48,658 nt of DNA. Origin: an uncultured Methanospirillum sp. Lineage in GTDB: Archaea > Halobacteriota > Methanomicrobia > Methanomicrobiales > Methanospirillaceae. The stretch lies in assembly GCA_964637135.1 (NCBI GenBank), contig CAZWTX010000017.1, forward strand, positions 1 to 48,658. Reading direction: 5' to 3'. The notes beneath the pieces are model-generated. The model was not told the origin of the DNA. It ran no database searches and worked only from the letters and a program-made list of their open reading frames with translations. Positions 1 to 9,831 of the stretch are shown here, one piece after another. The stretch's first letter is position 1. Every line of letters starts with the position of its first letter. The position numbers were made by a program, and so were the translations under genes.

Positions 1-2
1 CG

Positions 3-431
3 AACGATCCGGCCAATGCTGATCTGATCGCCTGGGCCGAGAAGCAGGGATACTGGAACTTCCAGTACGACGAGAACTCTCCCCGAATATCGGCCGGGCT
101 GTACTGCTGCTGGTGGGAGCGGTGGTACAACAAGTATGAAAAGAAGGGTGTATCCACGGAGAGTGCATCCGAGATAGCCGACGAACTCTCTTCAGATTCG
201 GTTAAGTCTGTCGAGACCGAGGCATACTGTCCGAGCTGCTGCGATACCTGTGACGAGTACACCGGACCGGGGATCGATCCTGACCTGCAGGCACGCTCTG
301 ATATCATGATGGCGAAAAAGCCATGGCTTGAGGAGTCAGGTATCGACGACAACGGGGAAGAAGAGACTACTAATACCGCCAATACCGCATCACCGAAGGT
401 CGCATCCATGACATTTGGTGACGCAGAATAA
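3..431 (+). CDS. 3' end of a hypothetical acidic, Cys-rich protein (5' part outside window)
   Basis: Frame +3 is open from the window edge to TAA 429-431 (NDPANADLIAWAEKQGYWNFQY...YCCWWERW...YCPSCCDTCDEY...TFGDAE*), followed by a T-tract. Not in the ORF track because the start is missing. Confidence 0.75.
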   Translation, partial: NDPANADLIAWAEKQGYWNFQYDENSPRISAGLYCCWWERWYNKYEKKGVSTESASEIADELSSDSVKSVETEAYCPSCCDTCDEYTGPGIDPDLQARSDIMMAKKPWLEESGIDDNGEEETTNTANTASPKVASMTFGDAE

Positions 432-597
432 TCTGCATCTTTTTTCCTGTTCCGGCCGTCCACGGCAGAAAATCCGGATTCCATTAGAGATCTGATTTAC
501 CGCAGAAGATGTATCGCTCAGTTCACCTGACCACCACAATAGTGATCAGATGCAATTGTAAATGGGTAAATACGGTGTGGAGTGATTCTGATCACTG

Positions 598-1188
598 ATG
601 ACACGGGAACCGGCAGTCTCACACCATATCGGTGTCTTCCTCATGGTTGTCCTTGCCGTGATTCTCGTCGCTCTTATTCTTTCCTTCCTGTTGGGATTTT
701 TCACCTTTGGTGGCGATGATACGATTGCCCCCCCGCATTTCAAGATCACATCCGTGAAGCATGGGGGTGGAAAACTTGAGAGTTTTATCGTTATCCGGAA
801 TGCGGGACCCGGTGACTATCCGAACCGGGACCTCGTGGCACGGTTTTTCCGGAACCGGGAACCCGTTCTGACCGGAATATTCACCCTGAACGGGCACGAG
901 TTCATCAAGACCCACCACTACGGGGTGCAGTATATCGGGGGTGAAGGATGCAAAGACGCCCTGTTTGCCAGAAACGAGATGCTGAAAGTTAACCTGAAGA
1001 ACGGGCTTATCCGCCCGGGCGATCTGGTTGAACTCAGGGTGTATCAGAAAGGGGTTACAGACACGCTCCTTCCGATAAACGGGTGGAGTATCACGGATCA
1101 GGCATACATGAACCGGTATCTTGAGGAGAAGAACGGTGGCCCGTTCCCGGGGTACGGCCTGATCTCCCAGCACCGGTACCAGGCATAG
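598..1188 (+). CDS. Archaeal type IV pilin-like protein (DUF1628-type N-terminus)
   Basis: N-terminus EPA/VSHHIGVFLMVVLAVILVALILSF resembles the archaeal pilin class III signal (A/VSPVIGVILMVAITVILAA). Confidence 0.7.
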   Translation: MTREPAVSHHIGVFLMVVLAVILVALILSFLLGFFTFGGDDTIAPPHFKITSVKHGGGKLESFIVIRNAGPGDYPNRDLVARFFRNREPVLTGIFTLNGHEFIKTHHYGVQYIGGEGCKDALFARNEMLKVNLKNGLIRPGDLVELRVYQKGVTDTLLPINGWSITDQAYMNRYLEEKNGGPFPGYGLISQHRYQA

Positions 1189-1194
1189 GGGGGA

Positions 1195-1500
1195 TCACGG
1201 AATTTCCACAAACAACTCTTTCTTCGCTCTTCCAAGAGTTTTTCTGAATTCATCTGATACTGCGTTAATATCAACAATGTCCACCGATACCGGGAGATCA
1301 AATGCAGAGAATGCATCTTTCAGGGCTTCTATCTGATCGGCCGGGGCTGATAGGTCTCCTGATATGAGCAGATCTACATCTGAAAGCGGTTCGGAGTGCC
1401 CGGATACCCGTGAACCAAAAATATAGACCGAATAATGCTGCAGATGGTCTTTCAGGATGTGAATGATCTGATCACGGTCAGCAGGAGAGAGATCAATCAT
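1195..1500 (-). CDS. Minimal nucleotidyltransferase (MNT), antitoxin of a HEPN-MNT pair
   Basis: 101 aa with IFGSRVSGHSEPLSDVDL (GS-x10-DxD) and VDIVD. Confidence 0.85.
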   Translation of the reverse strand: MIDLSPADRDQIIHILKDHLQHYSVYIFGSRVSGHSEPLSDVDLLISGDLSAPADQIEALKDAFSAFDLPVSVDIVDINAVSDEFRKTLGRAKKELFVEIP

Positions 1501-1898
1501 TCATCTCCTCCAGCTGATTACGGTACCTCGCATCCTGATAAAAACCGGGTATTACCGAAAGAACCGCTTCTGCGTTCCCTCTGACATACGCAGGTGAGGT
1601 CAGGTTCCGGGCTTCTGCAGAGCGAAACCGGTATAGGATCCCGATCAGTCCGTATCGTACAACTGTTCTGAAGAAATCGTTCCGGATCCATGGGGAGGCA
1701 TCTTCAGAGAGGAGATGTGCCGCAATCCAGCGTGGTAACCGTTCATAAACGTTCATACGCACTCAGAATGCTGGACACCCCGGCTTCGATGACCTCCCTG
1801 ATACCAGAGGGAGCAGGGATGGTATCCATGCCGGTTACATATCCAATGACTACTCTCAAGGAACTGAGCGCCTGGTTCAGCGAAGAGAGATCAGGCAT
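1493..1898 (-). pseudogene. Frameshifted HI0074-family HEPN (nucleotidyltransferase substrate-binding) gene
   Basis: ATG 1898 gives MPDLSSLNQALSSL...REVIEAGV, stopping at 1743. The C-terminal half (RWI...FFR...ARNLTSPAY...AEAV) is in another frame and overlaps the MNT start. The R-x4-H motif reads RNLTSP. Confidence 0.7.
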
Positions 1899-2056
1899 AC
1901 CAGATGAGAGGTTCCATCCGGACTAAAGAATTCCGCGGAATAGAACAATAGCTGTACCCTGATTCAGATGACTGGCTACACGGGTATAGCCGATTATCCT
2001 TTTTCAGTTTAATCCCAAAGATCGAATTAATCAGGAGAACCACTATAAAAAAAAGA

Positions 2057-2446
2057 TTATACGGTCGTATCAAGAACGACCTGATTTGATCCGTCGATAA
2101 ACCGGGCAGTGACTACAATCCTATCCTTTCCGGTTGATGCACCAGGATAGACACCAACTGAACCGGTGACTACACCTAATTCTGGGGTTCCAGTTCGTAT
2201 GGCACCGCCAACTGATACATTGAAAGCGGCAACATCCTGAATGTCTTTCCCGCCATGGTTGACAATATCAACATTTGTTGGAACCGTCGTGTTTTGAGAA
2301 GCCACTAACGCGATATTCTTCGTTTTGTCGACATTCCCCGTCATCCCGAATACGAACGCTGCAATCACTGCGGCCAGGATGACCGTGATTGCGACCATAA
2401 GAATAACACCAATGACCGGTGATACTGCATCATCACGCTTGTACAT
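2057..2446 (-). CDS. Archaeal type IV pilin (DUF1628 N-terminal domain)
   Basis: MYKRDDA/VSPVIGVILMVAITVILAAVIAAFVFGM is the canonical archaeal pilin N-terminus; strong SD GGAGGTG upstream. Confidence 0.92.
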   Translation of the reverse strand: MYKRDDAVSPVIGVILMVAITVILAAVIAAFVFGMTGNVDKTKNIALVASQNTTVPTNVDIVNHGGKDIQDVAAFNVSVGGAIRTGTPELGVVTGSVGVYPGASTGKDRIVVTARFIDGSNQVVLDTTV

Positions 2447-2534
2447 TTCACACCTCCTCAGTGCGTATCAATCCTTTGCTGCTCACCCTTATGAAAGTTG
2501 CTTAACTTCTTTTAGGCCACGTAAATAGGGGCAA

Positions 2535-3332
2535 TTATATAGGGGTTTGGGGAAAAATGCCCTCAATACAAGTAGGATTCATCATCCGAATCCCCGACCG
2601 TCCCGGCACGGCCCGGGCGATTGCCCTGCCGGTGAGGATCTTCGCATGATCACAGGCTGCAGGAACGTCTTCTCCCCGGGAGAGAAACCCGGTAATCGCA
2701 GCGGAGAAACAGCATCCTGATCCGTGAACCTCGTACGGATACCGCGGTCCGGAGAGGGGTATCTCCCGGTCAGCCGAGATGAGGAGATCGATCGACTCGG
2801 TCCCCCCGGCATGACCTCCCTTGATGACCACCCATTCCGGACCCATCCGGAGGATCTCTTCCCCGACGGCAGCCATCTCCCGGGGAGCGATGGTATCCCG
2901 CCCGGTCAGTACCCCGGCCTCGGGGAGGTTCGGGGTCACCACCGTTGCCCGGGGAATCAGCCTGCCGATGAGCACCTCAACGGCATCCTCCTCAAGCAGC
3001 CGGTGCCCGGAGGTAGAGACCATGACCGGATCGACCACAAGCGGAACACCAGCAGGAAGAGCGGAGACAACCGATGCGATGACCCTGGCATCGGCAAGCA
3101 TTCCGGTCTTTACCGCCCGGGGGGTGATATCCTCAAGAAGCGTCACGATCTGTGCCCTGACCGTCTCCGGGTCAACCGCCCAGGTTCCGGTGACCCTCCC
3201 GCTGTTCTGGGCGGTCAGGGCAGCGATCACTGCCATCCCGTACACCCCGGTGGCAGAGAACGTCTTCAGGTCGACCTGGATCCCGGCTCCCCCCGAGGGA
3301 TCGGAACCGGCAATCGTGAGGGCAAAGGGACA
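2535..3332 (-). CDS. thiD: Hydroxymethylpyrimidine/phosphomethylpyrimidine kinase (start lies in gap)
   Basis: ALTIAGSDPSGGAGIQ, VKTGML, VVDPVM, TPNLPEA, IKGGH and HGSGC motifs. Confidence 0.9.
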   Translation of the reverse strand, partial: CPFALTIAGSDPSGGAGIQVDLKTFSATGVYGMAVIAALTAQNSGRVTGTWAVDPETVRAQIVTLLEDITPRAVKTGMLADARVIASVVSALPAGVPLVVDPVMVSTSGHRLLEEDAVEVLIGRLIPRATVVTPNLPEAGVLTGRDTIAPREMAAVGEEILRMGPEWVVIKGGHAGGTESIDLLISADREIPLSGPRYPYEVHGSGCCFSAAITGFLSRGEDVPAACDHAKILTGRAIARAVPGRSGIRMMNPTCIEGIFPQTPI

Positions 3333-3432
3333 NNNNNNNNNNNNNNNNNNNNNNNNNNNNNNNNNNNNNNNNNNNNNNNNNNNNNNNNNNNNNNNNNNNN
3401 NNNNNNNNNNNNNNNNNNNNNNNNNNNNNNNN
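3333..3432. other. Assembly gap (100 N)
   Basis: Run of exactly 100 n, typical placeholder for a gap of unknown size. Confidence 0.99.
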
Positions 3433-4823
3433 CAGATGATGCAGTTTCCGGGGGCGTTATCGATGAGCGTCGTCCTGACCTCGGTCCCGAGCACACTGGC
3501 ATCGGCGATCTCCTCAAGCCGGTCGGCACATTCCCGGCATCCGCACCAGTGGACCGCGATGACACCATTCGCGATGGAGCCGGCGATCTCTTTCTCATCT
3601 CTGACCACGAAGAGGTGGCTTTTGATATGATCCTCGGCACGGGAGAGCATCATCCGGGAAGCCTCGGCAAGTCGTGCTTTCACCCCGTCGATGAGGTCCT
3701 TCCGTCCGACGGGTGCTTTTCCGCCGGTCCGGATCACGGACATCACGACCCCGTTATCGATATCCCGGGGCCCGATCTCGAGCCGGAGGGGAACCCCCCG
3801 CATCTCCCAGTAGTAGTATTTCGCACCCGGCCGCATGTCCCGGTCATCGATCTCGACCCGGTACCCGGCAGCCGTCAGTTCTGCCCGGATGGCAGCAGCA
3901 GCCTCCCTGACCTCGGCCTCCCGCTGCTTCATGATCACCGGCACGATGACTACCTGAACCGGGGCGACATCAGGTGGCAGAATGAGGCCGCTGTCATCCC
4001 CGTGCATGCTGATCAGGGCGGCGATGGACCGCTCAGAGATCCCGTAACAGGTCTGGTAACAGTATTCCTGCTGCCCCTGCACGTTCTCGTACGTGATACC
4101 GAACGTCTTCGAGAAATGATCGCCGAGGTGGTGAACCGTTCCGATCTGGAGGGTTCTGCCATCGGGCATGATCGTATCGACCGCGATCGTATAGTCGGCA
4201 CCCGGGAACTTGTCCCAGTCAGGCCGCTTCGAGATCAGCACCGGGATATCAAGCCGATCGTAGAACTCCCGGTACAAGGCTATTGCGTCCTCGACCGTCG
4301 CCTCGGCATCCTCCCAGGTCGCATGGACGGTATGGGCTTCCTTGAACGAAGTGATCTCCCGGAGCCGGATCAGGGGACGGGTATGCTTTGTCTCATACCG
4401 GAACGTGTTCACAATCTGGTAGAGCTTGAGGGGGAGATCGGCATGGGATCGTACCCAGAGGGCATACATCGGATATATTGCCGTCTCGCTTGTCGGCCGG
4501 AGGGCAAGTTTCACATCCAGGGGACTGGTCCCCCCGTGGGTCACCCAGTAGACCTCCTCTTCAAATCCCTTGATGTGTTCGGCCTCTTTCATGAACTCAT
4601 GCTCGGGGATGAGGAGCGGAAATAGCGTCTCCTCGTGATCACGGTCAAGCAGGTCACGCAGGATCCCGTAAACCCTCTTGCGGATCCCGAACCCGAACGG
4701 GTACCAGACATACAGTCCCTTCACCGGGTATCTGACATCCATGATCCCCGCACGCCAGAGAATGTCATTGTACCATTCAGAAAAATCAGCCTTTGGGGGG
4801 AGTCCTGCCTCCTGTTCGTCCAT
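3433..4823 (-). CDS. proS: Proline--tRNA ligase, archaeal/eukaryal type (end lies in gap)
   Basis: [44 protein letters not shown]-terminal Zn motif WCGCREC...CII. Confidence 0.95.
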
Positions 4824-4833
4824 TCCACAGCTC

Positions 4834-5403
4834 CTAAGCTACCATCTGTAAGACGGCCGGCGTGATAAATGCCTCGATACATGCCGCAAACGCCACGAAC
4901 GGGACCACATACCGGAGAAACAGCCCGCCAAGCCGGTATGCCTCAGCAGACGCATCCCGCGTGCCGGTGAGTTCATCCCGCAGCGCCCGTCCCACCAGAA
5001 GCCCGAACGCCCCTGAGACGATGACGGCAGGGATCTCAAAGATCCCATGTGGAATAATGGCAGCGAGGATCATCGCGTTCCCTGACTCGGTCCTGACCAC
5101 CTGGAGGATCGCACCGATGATCAGACCATTGAAGAGGAGGATGAAGGTGGTCAGTAGTCCGAGGGTTGCCCCCCCGAGAAAGAGCAGCAGGCATGCCTGG
5201 AGATTGTTCAGGAAGAGCTCGAAAGCCACCAGCGGAGGATCGTGGGACATGATCTCATCTGCTACCATGTCCCTGAAGACCTGGAGGAGGAGCTGGCCGC
5301 TCGCCGGGTCGGCCAGCACGGCTAGGTAGCCAATGAAACCACCGAGCCCGAGAAGGAGGGCTGAAATGAGGATCGACCTGTTCATGGGCATGAGATCAGA
5401 CAT
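4834..5403 (-). CDS. SpoIIM (DUF95) family membrane protein
   Basis: Hydrophobic; [22 protein letters not shown] and AA.IEAFITP motifs. Confidence 0.85.
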   Translation of the reverse strand: MSDLMPMNRSILISALLLGLGGFIGYLAVLADPASGQLLLQVFRDMVADEIMSHDPPLVAFELFLNNLQACLLLFLGGATLGLLTTFILLFNGLIIGAILQVVRTESGNAMILAAIIPHGIFEIPAVIVSGAFGLLVGRALRDELTGTRDASAEAYRLGGLFLRYVVPFVAFAACIEAFITPAVLQMVA

Positions 5404-6241
5404 AGAGCACCATCCGCATCATATCCCTGATACCGGGAGCCATCCCGACCATGGTCATCGCCAGAAGGATCAGGTACCAGATACCCGATGCCCCTTCCCT
5501 CCGGTAGAGTTCAAGGATGTATATCCCGGGGATCACGACGATCAGCTTAAGCGGGAACATCACGAATGCTGTCCCGGTCAGGGCAATCAGGGCCGAGCCG
5601 ACAACATGCTGCTCTACATAAGGGACCGCATGGAGATCGATCCCGTAACTCGTGGCACTCGCATCAAGCATGTGACCGAAGATGAGGAGCTGGTAGAGCC
5701 GGTCTGATACATAGTGCCACCCGGCAAGATAGCGGAGGGCACCGTAAATGACCGCGGTTGAGAGGACCGCACACCCGAGGATGATGACCGCGACACCAGC
5801 ATCAACCCGCGTTACGGTAAGGCCAAACCAGATCAGGGCGGCGAGGGCACCAAGGGAGCAGGCCGTCCCAATGAGACCGAACACATACGTATAGTCCCGG
5901 ATCAGCCCGTGCTGACATGCATACCAGCTTGCAAGAAGGCTGACAATCGCGATGGCAAAGATGACAAAGAAGATGATCGGGGTGATAAGGAGGATATGCC
6001 AGTCAGACGTAATCATCCCGGTATCCTCGATAACCCGGAGAAATCCGCCGAATACCACCCATGGGATGAGGGCATAGACGAACCCACGGTCTATCGGGAT
6101 ATTCCTGGCCGATAGCCAGCGGTAGATCAGCCAGACACAGAGAATAAGGATAAGGGCATACGTCAGCGTATCAACGAGCGTATAGGGCTGACCATACCTG
6201 ATGGGATCTATGTAGTATTTGTAGATGAATTCCCTAATCAT
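5396..6241 (-). CDS. DUF63 family multi-pass membrane protein
   Basis: KYYIDPI...Y..VDTLTYA, RVIED, HMLDASAT, YVEQHV, GMAPGIRD; start taken at MIREF. Confidence 0.8.
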   Translation of the reverse strand: MIREFIYKYYIDPIRYGQPYTLVDTLTYALILILCVWLIYRWLSARNIPIDRGFVYALIPWVVFGGFLRVIEDTGMITSDWHILLITPIIFFVIFAIAIVSLLASWYACQHGLIRDYTYVFGLIGTACSLGALAALIWFGLTVTRVDAGVAVIILGCAVLSTAVIYGALRYLAGWHYVSDRLYQLLIFGHMLDASATSYGIDLHAVPYVEQHVVGSALIALTGTAFVMFPLKLIVVIPGIYILELYRREGASGIWYLILLAMTMVGMAPGIRDMMRMVLYV

Positions 6242-6255
6242 GTGCTGAGAGCTAC

Positions 6256-7332
6256 ATGAGCGCGGAGCCAATAAAGGTGCTGAAGCGGAAAGAATTCAAC
6301 AAATCGCGATGGACCCAGCTCCCCAGGGATGTCATCGTCGGTCACAATGCCATCCAGCAGCTCCCAGATATTCTGGCTGACCTCAAACCCGGGCGATCGG
6401 TGCTTGTTGTCAGTGGCAGGACCACTCATACTATTGCCGGAGCTTCGGTCGCATCACTCCTCGCCGGGTACGATGTCAGGCAACATACCGTCGATGCCCT
6501 TAATCTCACCTCCATCGAGGAGGGAGAGCAGATAGGAGCAGATGCCGATGTCCTGATCGGAGTCGGGGGCGGCCGGGTGATCGACTATGCAAAGATCGTC
6601 TCGTACAATCTTGACAAGCCGTTCATCAGTGTCCCGACCGCCGCCTCGCATGACGGGATCATCTCAAGCCGGGCCTCCATCCCAAGCGAATCAGGAAGTG
6701 TTTCAGTCGACGCCCATCCCCCGATCGCAGTCGTTGCCGACACGGCGATCATCGCCCGGGCTCCCCACCGGTTACTGGCTGCCGGGTGTGCCGACGTGAT
6801 CTCGAACTATACGGCCATTCTTGACTGGGAACTGGCACACCGGCTGAGGGGAGAGGAGATCAGCGAATACGCTGTCGCCCTCTCGAAGATGACCGCCGAG
6901 ATCCTCGTTCAGAATGCCCATCTTATCAGACCGGGACAGGAACAGGCAGCCTGGATTGTCGTCAAGGCCCTCTTCTCATCAGGTGTCTCGATGAGTATCG
7001 CCGGATCATCCCGGCCGGCCTCCGGGGGGGAACACAAGTTCAGCCACGCCCTTGAACGCCTGATCCCAGGTGCTGCCCTTCACGGCGAGACCTGCGGTAT
7101 CGGGGCGATCATGACAATGTATCTGCACGGGGGAGACTGGCGGTCAATCAGGAGTTCACTCTCCCGGATCGGGGCTCCGACGACACCGGCAGAACTGAAG
7201 ATTCCGGATGATGTGATCGTCGAAGCGCTCATCAAAGCAAAAGAGATAAGACCGGAACGGTTCACGATCCTCGACATGGGGATCACCCGCGAGTCAGCCG
7301 AACATCTTGTCCACCTGCTCTACGAGGAGTGA
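6256..7332 (+). CDS. egsA: sn-glycerol-1-phosphate dehydrogenase [NAD(P)+]
   Basis: GVGGGRVID, VPTAASHDG, SRPASGGEHKFSHAL, LHGE.CG. Confidence 0.95.
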   Translation: MSAEPIKVLKRKEFNKSRWTQLPRDVIVGHNAIQQLPDILADLKPGRSVLVVSGRTTHTIAGASVASLLAGYDVRQHTVDALNLTSIEEGEQIGADADVLIGVGGGRVIDYAKIVSYNLDKPFISVPTAASHDGIISSRASIPSESGSVSVDAHPPIAVVADTAIIARAPHRLLAAGCADVISNYTAILDWELAHRLRGEEISEYAVALSKMTAEILVQNAHLIRPGQEQAAWIVVKALFSSGVSMSIAGSSRPASGGEHKFSHALERLIPGAALHGETCGIGAIMTMYLHGGDWRSIRSSLSRIGAPTTPAELKIPDDVIVEALIKAKEIRPERFTILDMGITRESAEHLVHLLYEE

Positions 7333-7806
7333 ATGGAACCGAAGAAGACCAGGGTTACGATCGTCGGCAGTTCGTACGCAAAACCGGGATGCCAGTTCGT
7401 GTACGAGGGCAGGACCGCTGCATGCGAATCCTGTTCGATTGCACGGGTTTGTCACAATCTTGAACCGGGAAAGCGGTACGAGGTGACTGCCATCCGGGCA
7501 GCGTCCCATCACTGCCCGGTGCACCACGAGGGGGCCGTAACCGTTGATGTGACTGATGCCCCGGTGGATATCAGGATCCCTCCCGAACTTGCCAGGAAAA
7601 ATACAACCATCACGATCCACCTGCCTGAATGCGACGAAGTATGTCCGGCCTTCGCAGACTGTCACCCTGCCGGGGTGAAAAACGGGCAGAAGTTCATTAT
7701 AACCGAACTCCGCGACGCAGATCCAGTATCCTGCAGGCAGGGCCCGAATCCGGTGATGGTTAGAATCGTCCCTCTCCCCGAGGGTCTCCCCAGATATGCA
7801 CATTAG
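7333..7806 (+). CDS. UPF0179 family protein
   Basis: AKPG.QFVY.G...CESC...VCHNLEPG.RY; Cys-rich, typical egsA neighbour. Confidence 0.8.
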   Translation: MEPKKTRVTIVGSSYAKPGCQFVYEGRTAACESCSIARVCHNLEPGKRYEVTAIRAASHHCPVHHEGAVTVDVTDAPVDIRIPPELARKNTTITIHLPECDEVCPAFADCHPAGVKNGQKFIITELRDADPVSCRQGPNPVMVRIVPLPEGLPRYAH

Positions 7807-7985
7807 GCAACTCTTTTTCTGAACCATTCATGCATCATGAGGATCAGACTGCGCATGAAAAAGACGGATAATTCGGGAATATTTCAGGTACCGACCGCGC
7901 AGATCTCTCCGGTAAATAAAAACATCGGGATAAGTTATATCCTTGGGTCGATCTGAATAGATGTTGAGTGTTCTTAGGTGATAGA

Positions 7986-8255
7986 GTGCAGAAAGAGGAG
8001 CTGTTACATTTACACATGCTATTTATCCACGTCAAAAAGTACTACGAGAATATCACCAGTGAAGAGGTTCAGACTGATCGATACAACACTCTGCACATCT
8101 CTCCGGTTCATATCCACAAGAACAAAAAATCCCACAAGGAAGCTATTCTCGTTCTTGGGCAGGAGATCGTGGACCATATGAAACAGCATCGTCATCCGTT
8201 GTCTGATATGTCCCAGGTAGATCTGACTGCTACCGAGATTGCCGTCGAAAACTGA
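7986..8255 (+). CDS. UPF0058 family protein
   Basis: (M)QKEELLHLH...ISPVHIHKNK..HKEAI..LG; GTG start after SD AGGTGA. Confidence 0.8.
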   Translation: MQKEELLHLHMLFIHVKKYYENITSEEVQTDRYNTLHISPVHIHKNKKSHKEAILVLGQEIVDHMKQHRHPLSDMSQVDLTATEIAVEN

Positions 8256-8259
8256 CCGG

Positions 8260-9831
8260 ATGGATAACAACACCGCTCTGCGGGAGATTATCTCCCTTAT
8301 TCTCAGTACTGTACCCGGGGAGCGGAATATCAGGCGGATTGTTGCCGGAACCTGCAAGAAGTACCATCTCTCATACGTTCCACGCTACTCAGATATCCTT
8401 GCTGCAGCTGATACCGAGGAGCGTGAGCTGCTTCGCCCGCTCCTCATGGTAAAGCCGTCACGTACCCTCTCCGGTGTTGCCCCTGTGGCGGCAATGACCT
8501 CTCCTTCTCCCTGCCCGCACGGGATCTGTCTTCCCTGCCCTGGCGGCCCGGACCATCCCTTTCAGTCTCCCCAGAGTTATACCGGGGGGGAACCAGCGGC
8601 CCGGAGAGCAATTCTCCATGAATTTGATCCCTACCGGCAGGTCAGTGCACGTCTCAGCCAATTCGAAGAACTCGGCCACCACGTTGACAAAGCCGAACTC
8701 ATCGTCATGGGCGGAACGATCACGGCACGCGATCCGGTCTACCAGACCGGGTTTGTGACCGGGTGCATCAGGGCAATGAACGAGTACGGAACCGGGCCGG
8801 AACCGGAGATACTGACCCCGGAAGAGATCTTTCTTCGCAACGAGACGTCACGGGTCAGGTGTGTCGCGATAACCTTCGAAACCAGGCCGGACTGGTGCAG
8901 GAAAGAGCATATCGACCGGATGCTCTCTCTCGGGGTCACCAAAGTCGAACTCGGGGTCCAGCACCTCGACGACCGGATCCTCGAACTGAACCGGCGGGGC
9001 TGCACCGTTGCCGACACGGTAGAGGCAAATACCCTCCTGCGGGATGCCGGGATCAAAGTCGGTTTTCACATGATGCCCAACCTTCCGGGAAGCGATCTTC
9101 AGACCGATCGGGAGATGTTTACCACACTCTTTTCAGACGAGCGGTTCAGGCCTGACTTTCTCAAGATCTACCCGACCCTGGTGACCCCGGGAACGGAAAT
9201 AGAAGCGCTCCTGAACCGGGGTGATTACTCCCCGTACAGCGAGGATGATCTCATCGACCTCGTAGCAGATGCAAAAGAACAGATCCCCGAGTACTGCCGG
9301 CTTCAGCGGATCCAGCGGGACATCCCTGCTGATATGATAGTAGCCGGATCGAAACACTCAAACTTCCGGGAACTGGCAAAAGAGCGGCTCCAGGCCAGGG
9401 GGGGGAGATGCCGCTGTATCAGGTGCCGGGAGATCGGGCGGAGACAGGCAGAGGGTCAGGGGGAGATCAGAACCCTCCGTTACGGGAGTTGCGACGGGGA
9501 GGAGCGGTTCATATCAGCCGTCTGTGATGACTCGCTCATCGGGTTTGCCCGGCTGAGGTTCCCGGGATCGACCTGGCGGCCGGAGACTGGGGGGTGTGCA
9601 TTTCTGAGGGAACTCCATGTGTACGGACTCGTGGTCCCGATCGGAAAGCAGGGGAGTGGAGAGAAAAAGCAGCACCAGAGTCATGGCAGCCGGCTCCTCG
9701 CTGAGGCCGAACGGCAGGCAGATGAAAACGGGTTTGAACGGGTTGCAATCATGGCCGGAATCGGGGTCAGGCCATATTACCGCCGGCTGGGTTATGAACG
9801 AAGCGGACCATATATGGTAAAGACGTTATGA
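8260..9831 (+). CDS. elp3: Elp3 radical SAM/GNAT tRNA U34 modification enzyme
   Basis: RTLSGVAPVA, CPHGICLPC, ETRPD, ELGVQ, LKIYP, RIQRDIP, RELHVYG, GVRPYY. Confidence 0.95.
   Translation: MDNNTALREIISLILSTVPGERNIRRIVAGTCKKYHLSYVPRYSDILAAADTEERELLRPLLMVKPSRTLSGVAPVAAMTSPSPCPHGICLPCPGGPDHPFQSPQSYTGGEPAARRAILHEFDPYRQVSARLSQFEELGHHVDKAELIVMGGTITARDPVYQTGFVTGCIRAMNEYGTGPEPEILTPEEIFLRNETSRVRCVAITFETRPDWCRKEHIDRMLSLGVTKVELGVQHLDDRILELNRRGCTVADTVEANTLLRDAGIKVGFHMMPNLPGSDLQTDREMFTTLFSDERFRPDFLKIYPTLVTPGTEIEALLNRGDYSPYSEDDLIDLVADAKEQIPEYCRLQRIQRDIPADMIVAGSKHSNFRELAKERLQARGGRCRCIRCREIGRRQAEGQGEIRTLRYGSCDGEERFISAVCDDSLIGFARLRFPGSTWRPETGGCAFLRELHVYGLVVPIGKQGSGEKKQHQSHGSRLLAEAERQADENGFERVAIMAGIGVRPYYRRLGYERSGPYMVKTL

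Noticed and set aside
2724..4625. 633-aa + strand ORF and many other long antisense ORFs
   Set aside because: Shadows of well-supported genes on the opposite strand in GC-rich DNA; no motifs
2535..4823. Apparent 762-aa ProRS-ThiD fusion in the ORF track
   Set aside because: The join runs through the 100-N gap, exactly where the proS stop and thiD start are expected; there is no evidence for a real fusion
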